Of a DNA stretch of 61,017 bases, positions 48,985 to 57,492 are shown in pieces (the first letter of the stretch is position 1; each line of letters starts with the position of its first letter). The stretch is from a bacterium (GTDB taxonomy: Bacteria; RUG730). A program made the translations under genes and the position numbers. The stretch is taken from contig JAVBNQ010000001.1 of NCBI GenBank assembly GCA_031551405.1, positions 1-61,017 on the forward strand, in the 5' to 3' direction. The notes beneath the pieces are model-generated. The model saw only the letters and a program-made list of their open reading frames with translations, searched no databases and was not told the origin of the DNA.

Positions 48985-49593
48985 ATGCCGAAAAAAATTA
49001 TTTTGGCGTCTGAATCGCCGAGAAGAAAAGATTTACTGTCCCTTCTCGGTTGTAAATTTGAAATTATAAAACCTAATATCCACGAAAACATCCATTTAAA
49101 AAAACCTTCTTATTTAGTAAAAAATCTCGCCCTCCAAAAAGCTCGTAAAATCAAAAATTTAATCCAAAAAAAAGCCGTTATAATTGCCGCAGACACAATT
49201 GTTTTTTGTAAAAACGAGATAATCGGAAAACCCCAATCACATCAAGACGCAAAAAGAATACTAAACAAAATAACTAGATACCCGCATTTTGTCTACACCG
49301 GCTTCGTAGTCATGGATTTGTTTACAGCAAAAACCTATTCAGACTATGAAAAAACCGAGGTCTTCATGAATAAAATTCCAAGTAACGAAATAAATAAAAT
49401 TATAGAAAAACATAAAGACAAAGCCGGCTGTTACGCAATCCAGACTAATGACAATCTTGTAAAAAAAATAAACGGCGATTTTTATAATGTCGTTGGTTTT
49501 CCAATAAAAAAAATTAGCTTGATTTTAAAAGATTGTGGAATTAAAATTAGCGACAAAAAATTAGAAGCGCTTTATAGGGGAAAACTTTGGTAA
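48985..49593 (+). CDS. maf: Maf-family nucleoside triphosphate pyrophosphatase
   Basis: ILASESPRR, AADTIV, DKAGCYAIQ, NVVGFP. Confidence 0.93.
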   Translation: MPKKIILASESPRRKDLLSLLGCKFEIIKPNIHENIHLKKPSYLVKNLALQKARKIKNLIQKKAVIIAADTIVFCKNEIIGKPQSHQDAKRILNKITRYPHFVYTGFVVMDLFTAKTYSDYEKTEVFMNKIPSNEINKIIEKHKDKAGCYAIQTNDNLVKKINGDFYNVVGFPIKKISLILKDCGIKISDKKLEALYRGKLW

Positions 49594-50300
49594 AACTTGG
49601 AATAAACATAGACCACGTCGCAACACTAAGGCAAGCAAGACTTGGCACTGAACCTGACCTACTCGAGCTAGCGTTCGAGGCTATAAAAGGTGGAGCTGAT
49701 CAGATTACAGTACATTTGCGAGAAGACAGGCGGCACATCCAGGATTTTGACGTAATTAATCTCAAAAAAAATATAAAAGTTCCGCTAAATCTCGAAATGT
49801 CTCTTAATGAAGAAATTGTTGATTTTGCTTGTAAAATTTTACCATTTGAAATTTGCTTGGTACCTGAAAATCGGCAGGAATTAACTACGGAAGGTGGACT
49901 CGATATAGTCAAAAATTTTGAAAAACTACAAAAAGCTACCAGAAAACTTAAAAACTGCGGCATAAAAATCAGTATTTTCGTCGACGCAGAAGAAAAACAA
50001 ATTTTTAACGCCAAAGAACTCGCGGCAGATATCGTAGAAATTCATACTGGAACTTATGCGAATGCTAAAAATAAAAACGAAGCGAAAGTAGAACTCTCGC
50101 GAATCGAAAAAATTGCAAAAATTGTCGCTCAAAATAAAATTCAATTGAATGCCGGTCACGGACTCAATTACCAAAATGTAAAAGCTATCGCAAAAGTAGC
50201 AAAAATGGATACTTTAAACATAGGGCACAGTATTGTTTCTCGGGCTTTAAAAGTAGGAATGAAGCAGGCTGTTTCCGAGATGAAAGCTATTTTGTGTTAA
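49587..50300 (+). CDS. pdxJ: Pyridoxine 5'-phosphate synthase
   Basis: NIDHVATLRQAR, HLREDRRHI, TTEGGLD, AGHGL, NIGHSI. Confidence 0.97.
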   Translation: MVKLGINIDHVATLRQARLGTEPDLLELAFEAIKGGADQITVHLREDRRHIQDFDVINLKKNIKVPLNLEMSLNEEIVDFACKILPFEICLVPENRQELTTEGGLDIVKNFEKLQKATRKLKNCGIKISIFVDAEEKQIFNAKELAADIVEIHTGTYANAKNKNEAKVELSRIEKIAKIVAQNKIQLNAGHGLNYQNVKAIAKVAKMDTLNIGHSIVSRALKVGMKQAVSEMKAILC

Positions 50301-50309
50301 TTAAATTTT

Positions 50310-50371
50310 GATAACTATCTCTTAAAAACAAGTAATTAATTTATAAACATTGTTTAATAAAAGCTTTAAAA
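50310..50371 (+). repeat. Left terminal inverted repeat
   Basis: 57/62 match to the reverse complement of 53537-53598; 50327-50371 is a perfect 45-bp match. Confidence 0.92.
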
Positions 50372-50487
50372 ATTGTCTTCAATATATTTATTCTTTATTT
50401 ATTAACTTGTTTTATGCTACAAATCAAAAACAGGCAGTAAAAATAAGCTATATATGCTATAAATTCTTCAGGTTGAGAGGAAATAAA

Positions 50488-52442
50488 ATGCCTAGAAAAG
50501 AAAAAATATAACACCCAGTATAACCAAAAGACTACAATCCCTTGGTTATAATGTAGCAGATTGGGATGATTCTCAAAGCAAGCTCTCAAAAGAAGTTTCA
50601 AAAGTTCTTTCCGCCGCATCTAAAAAGAGAAACGGCAACAGCGGTTACCCCGATAGAGCGTATTTTGATCCAAAAGCAAAACTGCTAATTTTGGTCGAAG
50701 AAAAGCCCTTAGTTAAAGACCACGAAAATCCAGATATTGAGAAGGGGGCTATCGCAGGCTTAAAATGGTATTTATCCAGATTTCAAAATGAAAATTTAGA
50801 CAAGTCGCTTAAAGGTTTCTTTAAAAATTGGAAAATTCTTGGTATTGCTGCCAGTGGGGATTTTGATGAAGAATACCAGCATAAATTTAACTGTTACGCA
50901 TTAGACGGAAAGACCGAACAGATTATTCCATTTAATCAAGTTTCAAACTTTATGACAGAAGAACAGTTTCTTTCGCTTTTTAATTCCATAGATGAAGAAA
51001 AAGCGATTGCAGCTGTGGGTAGTTCAAGTAAGAAAATCAATAACTTACTTCGGAGCATAGATTCTCAAAAACGACCTGTTTTATTATCAGCTCTTATGAT
51101 ATGTCTTCACGAGGCAAAAGGAAAAACGAATGATTTTAAGGATAATTATAAAACTTATTCGCCTACAACAATCGTAAATAATGTTCTGTCTACATCAAAA
51201 GAAATTTTACATAATGAAGGGGTTCCTAATGAAAAACTGGAAGTTTTGGAAACAGAACTTGCATTTCTGAAAACAGATCCCGTTTTAAAAAATAGTTCGA
51301 TTTTAAAAGACATATTGATTGAATTGGAAACGGCAGTTATCCCGTTATTTAACAACCATTTTTCTACTAATTCAAATTATGATATTATTGGAGCATTTTA
51401 TGAAGAGTTTCTTAAATATGCAGGTGTTTCTAATGTCAAAAAGGGTATAGTTCTTACGCCTCGTCATATAACTTCGTTATTTACAAAGTTGATTGATCTT
51501 AAAGATAACGATAGAATTGTCGATTTATGTTGTGGAACAGGGGCTTTTTTAATAGCTGGAATGAATGCGCTTGTGAATAAAATTTCCAAAAGTCCTCGTA
51601 GTGATAAAGATGCAGCTATAAAAAACGTTAAACAGAAACAATTACTTGGTTTCGAATTGAATCCAACAATGTATATTTGCGCCATTTCAAATATGCTGTT
51701 CAGAGGAGATGGAAAATCATCAATCCATAACTATGATTCCATAAAAGATAAAAGAGCACAATCTGAATTAGATAAATTTAAACCAACAATAGGTTTTATA
51801 AATCCACCATACAGCGGGAAAGAAAACGCAGCTGATCCAACACCAAAAGAAATCACTTTTTTAACAAAATTACTTGATAATTGTGAACGATATGGGGTTA
51901 TAATTGCTCCCTTGTCTACATATTTTAAAGAAGACGCCATTCGTAATAATATATTGAAAAAACACACCTTAAAATGCGTTATCAATATGCCGAAAGATTT
52001 ATTTCAACCAAACGCGGCAACGCATACAGCAATAGCGGTGTTTGAAACCAATCGTTCGTTTGATTATAAAAATGATAAAGTCGTATTTTATGATTTGCGA
52101 GAAGATGGTTTTGTCTTATCTAAGAATAAGGGACGTACAGACATATATGGTAAGTGGAATGATATAGAGACAAAACTTTTGTTTGCCGTTAAGGAGCAGA
52201 AAGAAAATCCTGATGATATAATATTAGTGAAAACTAAAATTAAAGAGGGGGATGAGTGGACTATTTATGCCCATAGTAAAACAGATTACTCTACTCTTAA
52301 TGAACAGGACTTCATAAAAAGCATAAGTGACTATATGGTCTTTGAAGCGAAAAAAGATTTGAACTTATTAAATACAGATATTTCTGAGTCTGAGTTACTT
52401 AAAATTATCAGTTCTTATTATGGAGATGACAAGAGTGAATAA
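50488..52442 (+). pseudogene. BcgIA-like fused endonuclease / N6-adenine methyltransferase, frameshifted at about codon 6
   Basis: GAGAGG-ATG 50488 hits TAA at codon 8; adding one A to the A6 run (50501-50506) joins it to ...SKKRNGNSGYPD...ILVEEK (PD-(D/E)xK) and the MTase (TPRHI, DLCCGTGAF, NPPY); the frame 50691-52442 is intact. Confidence 0.8.
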
Positions 52443-53432
52443 AAAATATAAGTATTTTACCTTTGAGTCCGTTTTTAAGTATGAACGAGGACGGCGATAT
52501 AAAACAGAAGACCATTCTGCGGGGGATATTGCTTATATATCGTCATCTGGTATAAATAATGGTGTTGATAATTATGTGTCTCCACCAAGTTTTATGAAAG
52601 AATATGAAAATAAAATAACATTTGCTAATAGCGGAAGTGTGGGTTCATTTTTCTACCATCCTTATAAATTCGTGGCTTCAGACCACATTATGGTTGTATA
52701 GATAAAGGATAAAGAATTAACTAAAAATATAACACTGTTTCTTAAACCTATTTTTGAGAAGTTGAAATATAAGTATTCGTTTGGTCGTGAGATAAATTCT
52801 GATAGACTCCCAAAAGAAACATTGTATCTGCCTATTGACAAGAATGAGCAACCAGATTGGGACTATATGGAGAGTTTTATTGAAGGTATTAAAAATAAAA
52901 TTCAATTCCCCCCAATAAAAACAAAGAATGTAAACTTAGCTAATAAGTCTGTTTATATTTCAAACTGGAAAGAATTTAAGGTGTCAGACCTATTTGAGGT
53001 TACAGGGTCAGAAACTACAAAATTACCTGACCTAGAAATGAAATATGGATATGGTGAATATCCATATATTACAACGCAATCAACAAATAATGGAATAGCG
53101 GGTTTTTACAATCACAAAACCGAATCTGCTAATGTCTTGACAGCAGATAGTGCCATTACAGGATTTATTGCATATCAAGACACCGAATTTACCGCATCAG
53201 ACCATGTTGAAATTTTAAAACCTAAGAGAAAAAAAACAATATTAAATAAATATACAGCTTTATTTTTGAAAACAATTTTCTCAAAAGGGCAGTATAAATA
53301 TGGATATGGTCGTAAATTTAATCAATCAAGAATTAAAGATACTATTCTTATTTACCAGCAAAAAACAATGAGCCTGATTGGCAATTTATGGAAGATTATA
53401 TAAAATCACTCCCGTATGCTGATTTGATTTAG
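52435..53432 (+). pseudogene. BcgIB-like two-TRD specificity subunit with a nonsense codon and a frameshift
   Basis: Internal repeat FVASDH..KYSFGR..LYLPIDKNEQPDW / FTASDH..KYGYGR..LPAKNNEPDW; in-frame TAG at 52699-52701; -1 shift near 53349; ancestral stop at 53430-53432. Confidence 0.85.
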
Positions 53433-53536
53433 AACTGTGTTTTTATTGTTTTAAGGACAGCACATATTCAACTACATAAAAAATTTTGAATCTATAAAAA
53501 CAACCTCTTGCAGGCTTTATTTTTTAATGGAAACAA

Positions 53537-53598
53537 TTTTAAAGCTTTTATTAAACAATGTTTATAAATTAATTACTTGTTGTCAAGGGATAGTTCCC
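53537..53598 (-). repeat. Right terminal inverted repeat (overlaps the glgA 3' end)
   Basis: Read inward: GGGAACTATCCCTTGACAACAAGTAATTAATTTATAAACATTGTTTAATAAAAGCTTTAAAA. Confidence 0.92.
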
Positions 53599-55047
53599 TA
53601 ATCTTTTGTAAAGCTGCAAGTATTCCTGGCTCGATCTCTCCCACGAAAAATCCAGTTTCATCCCTTTTTTCACCAATTTCTTCCAGCCTTCTTTGTCTTG
53701 AAAAAAATCTACCGCTCTTTTTACCGCGTCCATAAATCCAAAATACGAATTTTCATGCATCGTGAATCCGGTACCATTTTTCAGAGAAACATCTTTTACC
53801 GTATCATAAAGCCCTCCGACGGGATTGACTATCGGAATCGCACCGTACCTAAAGCTTATCATCTGGCTGAGGCCGCAAGCTTCAGATACCGACGGCATCA
53901 AAAAAATGTCAGAGCCGGCATAAACTTTGTGAGCTAGCTCATTATTAAACGTAATATTTATACTCACTCTCGAACCGTATTTCTCGGCAATGTATCTAAA
54001 GTAATCCTCGAACTCCGTCTCACCGGTTCCAATCAAAACTATTTGCAAATTTGGATACAAATACAAAATCTCCTCGAGACAAAATCTCACCAAATCAAAA
54101 CCTTTATTTTTGACTAGCCTGGAAATCATTGACAAAACTAACGTGTCTTCTCTAACTTCCAGACGACAAATCTGCTGAAGTTCCTCTTTACATTTTGCTT
54201 TGCCTGCAAGATTTCTTGAGCTAAAATTCGACGTCAAAAATTTATCAGTTTCGGGATTCCAATACTCGATATCAATTCCATTCAAAATCCCGGATAATTT
54301 ATTTTTGTTATCTCTCAAAATCCCCTCTAATCCACGAGAAATCCAGCCGTTTTCGCAAATTTCTTCGCTGTATTTTTTGCTGACAGTCGTAATTGCGTCA
54401 CTATAAACTATTCCGGCTTTCACTGAATTTACATCGTCGTAAAACTCGATTTTATCTTTTGTAAATTCCGACCATGAGATATTTGCGATGTTCATAATTG
54501 ACTTTGGAAAAATGCCTTGATAATCGATATTGTGGATCGTAAAAACAGTTTTTGTCTTTGCAAAAAAATCGCTGTAGTCGCCATTTTTTCGCAAATATAA
54601 TGGGATAAGCGCTGTTTGCCAGTCGTGAAGGTGAAGAATATCCGGAGCAATTTCAAGGCTTTTTAACGCTACCAAAACTGCTTGAGAAAAAAATATAAAT
54701 CTTTCGCCGTTGTCTGAGTAGCCACAATTCGCCGGGCCGTAAATATCAGGACGCGCAAAATAATCATAATTCTCAATAAAATAAAATTCTACGTTTTCGG
54801 GACTTTTATATTTTCTGACAGAAAAACCTTTGTAATCATTTCCAACTTTTATCCAAAGGTCGTTTTTCAAAAGTTTAGTTTTATATTTTTTGTGATCGAT
54901 AAAATTCAAATAATACGGCAAAAAAACCATTATTTTGTTACGCAAATTCGATTTTTTTAAAGCAGTTGGAAGCGAGCCAATTATGTCCGCAAGTCCACCT
55001 GTTTTTCCGAATGGAACGCATTCGGACGCAGCAATTGCTATTTTCAT
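53569..55047 (-). CDS. glgA: Glycogen synthase
   Basis: KTGGLAD, HLHDWQT, TIHNIDYQG, GILNGID, EACGLSQM. Confidence 0.96.
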   Translation of the reverse strand: MKIAIAASECVPFGKTGGLADIIGSLPTALKKSNLRNKIMVFLPYYLNFIDHKKYKTKLLKNDLWIKVGNDYKGFSVRKYKSPENVEFYFIENYDYFARPDIYGPANCGYSDNGERFIFFSQAVLVALKSLEIAPDILHLHDWQTALIPLYLRKNGDYSDFFAKTKTVFTIHNIDYQGIFPKSIMNIANISWSEFTKDKIEFYDDVNSVKAGIVYSDAITTVSKKYSEEICENGWISRGLEGILRDNKNKLSGILNGIDIEYWNPETDKFLTSNFSSRNLAGKAKCKEELQQICRLEVREDTLVLSMISRLVKNKGFDLVRFCLEEILYLYPNLQIVLIGTGETEFEDYFRYIAEKYGSRVSINITFNNELAHKVYAGSDIFLMPSVSEACGLSQMISFRYGAIPIVNPVGGLYDTVKDVSLKNGTGFTMHENSYFGFMDAVKRAVDFFQDKEGWKKLVKKGMKLDFSWERSSQEYLQLYKRLGNYPLTTSN

Positions 55048-55112
55048 TTTCCCTCCGACGTTAATTTTATTGCTTCAAAATTTAAACCCAGAATCGACGA
55101 AAACCTGCTTAT

Positions 55113-56381
55113 TCAAATTTCTCCCTTAAATGCAAAAACGGTTGTTGCGTTTTCCTCGATAGTTTGTAATTTTACGCTTTTGAGAGAATTTTCGAGAGAT
55201 TTTTCGTAAGGCACAAACACTTTCATATAATTTTTAGTATAACCGGAAATCAAACCGTCTTTATTCTCCGTCTCAAACAAAACTTCTAATTTTTTGCCAA
55301 CGTATTTTTCTAAACTTTTTCGTCGCAAAACCAAATCCAATTTCTGAACGATTTTTTTACGTTTTTGCATTAGATTCGATGGAACTTTATTTTCAAGATT
55401 GAACGCTTTTGTGCCTTCTCGAGCAGAAAATGGAAAAACATGAATCCCATCGATTCGCATTTCGTCTAAAAATTTCATCGTATTTTCAAAATTTTTATCA
55501 GTCTCGCCGGGAAACCCGATAATCAAATCTATTGTAATTCGCAAATCTTTTATTGTTCTGCGTAGGGTCTCGACTAAATTTTTCAAATAAAAAGTATCGT
55601 AGTTTCGGTTCATTGCCTCCAAAATTTCGTCGTCACAAGATTGAAATGCAATATGCAAATGCGGACAAATATTCTGATTTTTTGCAATCGCGTCTATAAT
55701 TTTTTCCGTCAATTCTGTTGGCTCGATCGAGCTGATTCTGAGACGTTTCAAATTTTCATTTTTTGCGATTTTCTCTAAAACATCCTCGAATCGCCATATT
55801 TTACCGGTATCATCTACAAATTCGTAAAATCCAATCCGCACTCCGGTCAAAACTATTTCTTTGAATCCGGCCCGTAAAAATTTCCCTACCTCGCTTTCAA
55901 TCTCGAAAATCGGTAAACTCCATTTTTTCGTCCTGACGTACGGCACAATGCAATAGCTGCAAAAACTATCGCATCCGTCTTGAATTTTGAGGAAAGCACG
56001 CGTTCTGTCAACACAAATTTTGTTAGAATTGTCATCGAGGTTAATATCTTCTAATTTCTGCAGTGCTAAAATTTCTTGAATTTGAAATTTGTCAGAATTT
56101 TTTACAAAAACCAAATTTTTTTGCGAATATTTTTTCGTCAAATCCTCGTAATTTCTCTCAACTAAACAGCCCGTGATCACGATAATCTTTTCATTCCCTG
56201 CATTTTCACGAACGAGGCGATTGATGAGATTGCGACATTTTGCGTCAGATTTTTCAGTCAGCGTACAAGTATTCACGAGCAAAATATTCTCGCTTTTGTA
56301 TCTGCTTAAAATATTCTGAATTTTATCAGACTCAGTCTGATTTACCTTGCAACCAAAAGTGTAAATTTGTCTTTCCTTCAT
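55113..56381 (-). CDS. mtaB: tRNA t6A37 methylthiotransferase
   Basis: TFGCKVNQ, NTCT, RTRAFLKIQDGCDSFCSYC, RISSIEP. Confidence 0.93.
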   Translation of the reverse strand: MKERQIYTFGCKVNQTESDKIQNILSRYKSENILLVNTCTLTEKSDAKCRNLINRLVRENAGNEKIIVITGCLVERNYEDLTKKYSQKNLVFVKNSDKFQIQEILALQKLEDINLDDNSNKICVDRTRAFLKIQDGCDSFCSYCIVPYVRTKKWSLPIFEIESEVGKFLRAGFKEIVLTGVRIGFYEFVDDTGKIWRFEDVLEKIAKNENLKRLRISSIEPTELTEKIIDAIAKNQNICPHLHIAFQSCDDEILEAMNRNYDTFYLKNLVETLRRTIKDLRITIDLIIGFPGETDKNFENTMKFLDEMRIDGIHVFPFSAREGTKAFNLENKVPSNLMQKRKKIVQKLDLVLRRKSLEKYVGKKLEVLFETENKDGLISGYTKNYMKVFVPYEKSLENSLKSVKLQTIEENATTVFAFKGEI

Positions 56382-56385
56382 TTTT

Positions 56386-57456
56386 CTAGATTTTCAACGG
56401 CTTTAAAATTTTTTCCATCTCGCAGTCAACTCCCATTTCTAATGTAAAAATTTTTTTATTTCCCAAAAGTTCCTTGTATTGCAAAATTTTCGCGATATCC
56501 TTTTCCGTCGTGATTATTAGGTCTTGTTTTATTTTTAGCAAATCATCTTTTTTGAACCAATAATGATCCGGAAAAATATAAATTTTCTGCAAATTCAATC
56601 TAAGTTTCTCGAGTATAACTAAAAATGAAGAAGGATTTGCAATGGCAGTAATGACAGCTGCGTCGAAATTTTCAATGAAACGAAGAGGAATTTCCTGAGA
56701 ATTAATTGGATCAAAAAAAAATTTGCCTCTGTATTCCGAATGAAAAATTCTTTTTGGAAATCCCAAATCAAGAATTTTCTCCTCGAGTTTCAAAACCTCA
56801 ATAACAATTCTAAGGTTCGTTTTAGTTAAAACTATTTCGTCAGCCCTCAGCAAATTTTTTTTAGCTTCTCTCAAAATCCCTCGAGGAAAAAGAAATTCGT
56901 TGCCAAAAGGATTTACTGAGTCGATTAAGAGTATGTTTAAATTTTTTTGAATGGTCAAATTTTGAAAAGCATCGTCAAGAATGCAAAAATCTATTTTGTG
57001 AGATTTCAGCAATTTTTTTAAAGTTTTCTTTTTGGACGAGCCAACGCCGAGAAAAAGCTGCGGAAATTTATTTTTTATCATGTACGCTTCGTCGCCAATG
57101 TCTGAAATTTTAAAACCTTTTTCATTCGGTAAAATGATTTTCATATCTTTGCTTTTACGTTTGTAGCCTCGAGTGATGACAGCAACCGCGTAATTTTTCG
57201 CGAGTAGAGTTTGCGCGAGCTCCATCACAAAAGGCGTTTTTCCGGTACCACCCATCGTCAGATTTCCGACGCTAATTATTTTTGTATTACTAAATTTCAC
57301 TGGCTTCAGCAGTTTTTTCGAGTAACACCAACTCTTAACCTCAACGACAAAACGATAAATTTGGGATAAAATTAAAAGAAAAAATGCAAAAAAATTATCG
57401 TTCTTTTTTTGCTTTATCACGTCGTTGTAAAGGTTTAAAATTTTTTGAGAAAACAT
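56386..57456 (-). CDS. lpxK: Tetraacyldisaccharide 4'-kinase
   Basis: SVGNLTMGGTGKTP, TRGY, GDEA, LDDAFQ, FPDHY, TTEKD; start could be 57486. Confidence 0.95.
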   Translation of the reverse strand: MFSQKILNLYNDVIKQKKNDNFFAFFLLILSQIYRFVVEVKSWCYSKKLLKPVKFSNTKIISVGNLTMGGTGKTPFVMELAQTLLAKNYAVAVITRGYKRKSKDMKIILPNEKGFKISDIGDEAYMIKNKFPQLFLGVGSSKKKTLKKLLKSHKIDFCILDDAFQNLTIQKNLNILLIDSVNPFGNEFLFPRGILREAKKNLLRADEIVLTKTNLRIVIEVLKLEEKILDLGFPKRIFHSEYRGKFFFDPINSQEIPLRFIENFDAAVITAIANPSSFLVILEKLRLNLQKIYIFPDHYWFKKDDLLKIKQDLIITTEKDIAKILQYKELLGNKKIFTLEMGVDCEMEKILKPLKI

Positions 57457-57492
57457 AAATGCCTCATTTATTTTTGCTAAAAACATCAGAAA

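Larger units (their letters stand above)
50310..53598. mobile_element. Non-autonomous TIR-bounded cassette carrying an R-M system
   Basis: 62-bp terminal inverted repeats; flanks TAAATTTT (50302-50309) and TAATCTTT (53599-53606) match at 6/8; no transposase inside. Confidence 0.8.

Noticed and set aside
50494-50511. Programmed -1 ribosomal frameshift at the R-M start
   Set aside because: No in-frame X XXY YYZ or A AAG slippery site; mutation or polymerase slippage is a simpler explanation
52699-52701. Stop-codon reassignment or TAG readthrough
   Set aside because: TAG ends conserved genes here (metK, glmM, typA), and the same gene carries a second lesion
53485-53515. GAGG...ATA GAT TCA AAA TTT TTT ATG TAG inside the right TIR as a relic transposase start
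   Set aside because: Too short to support any homology claim
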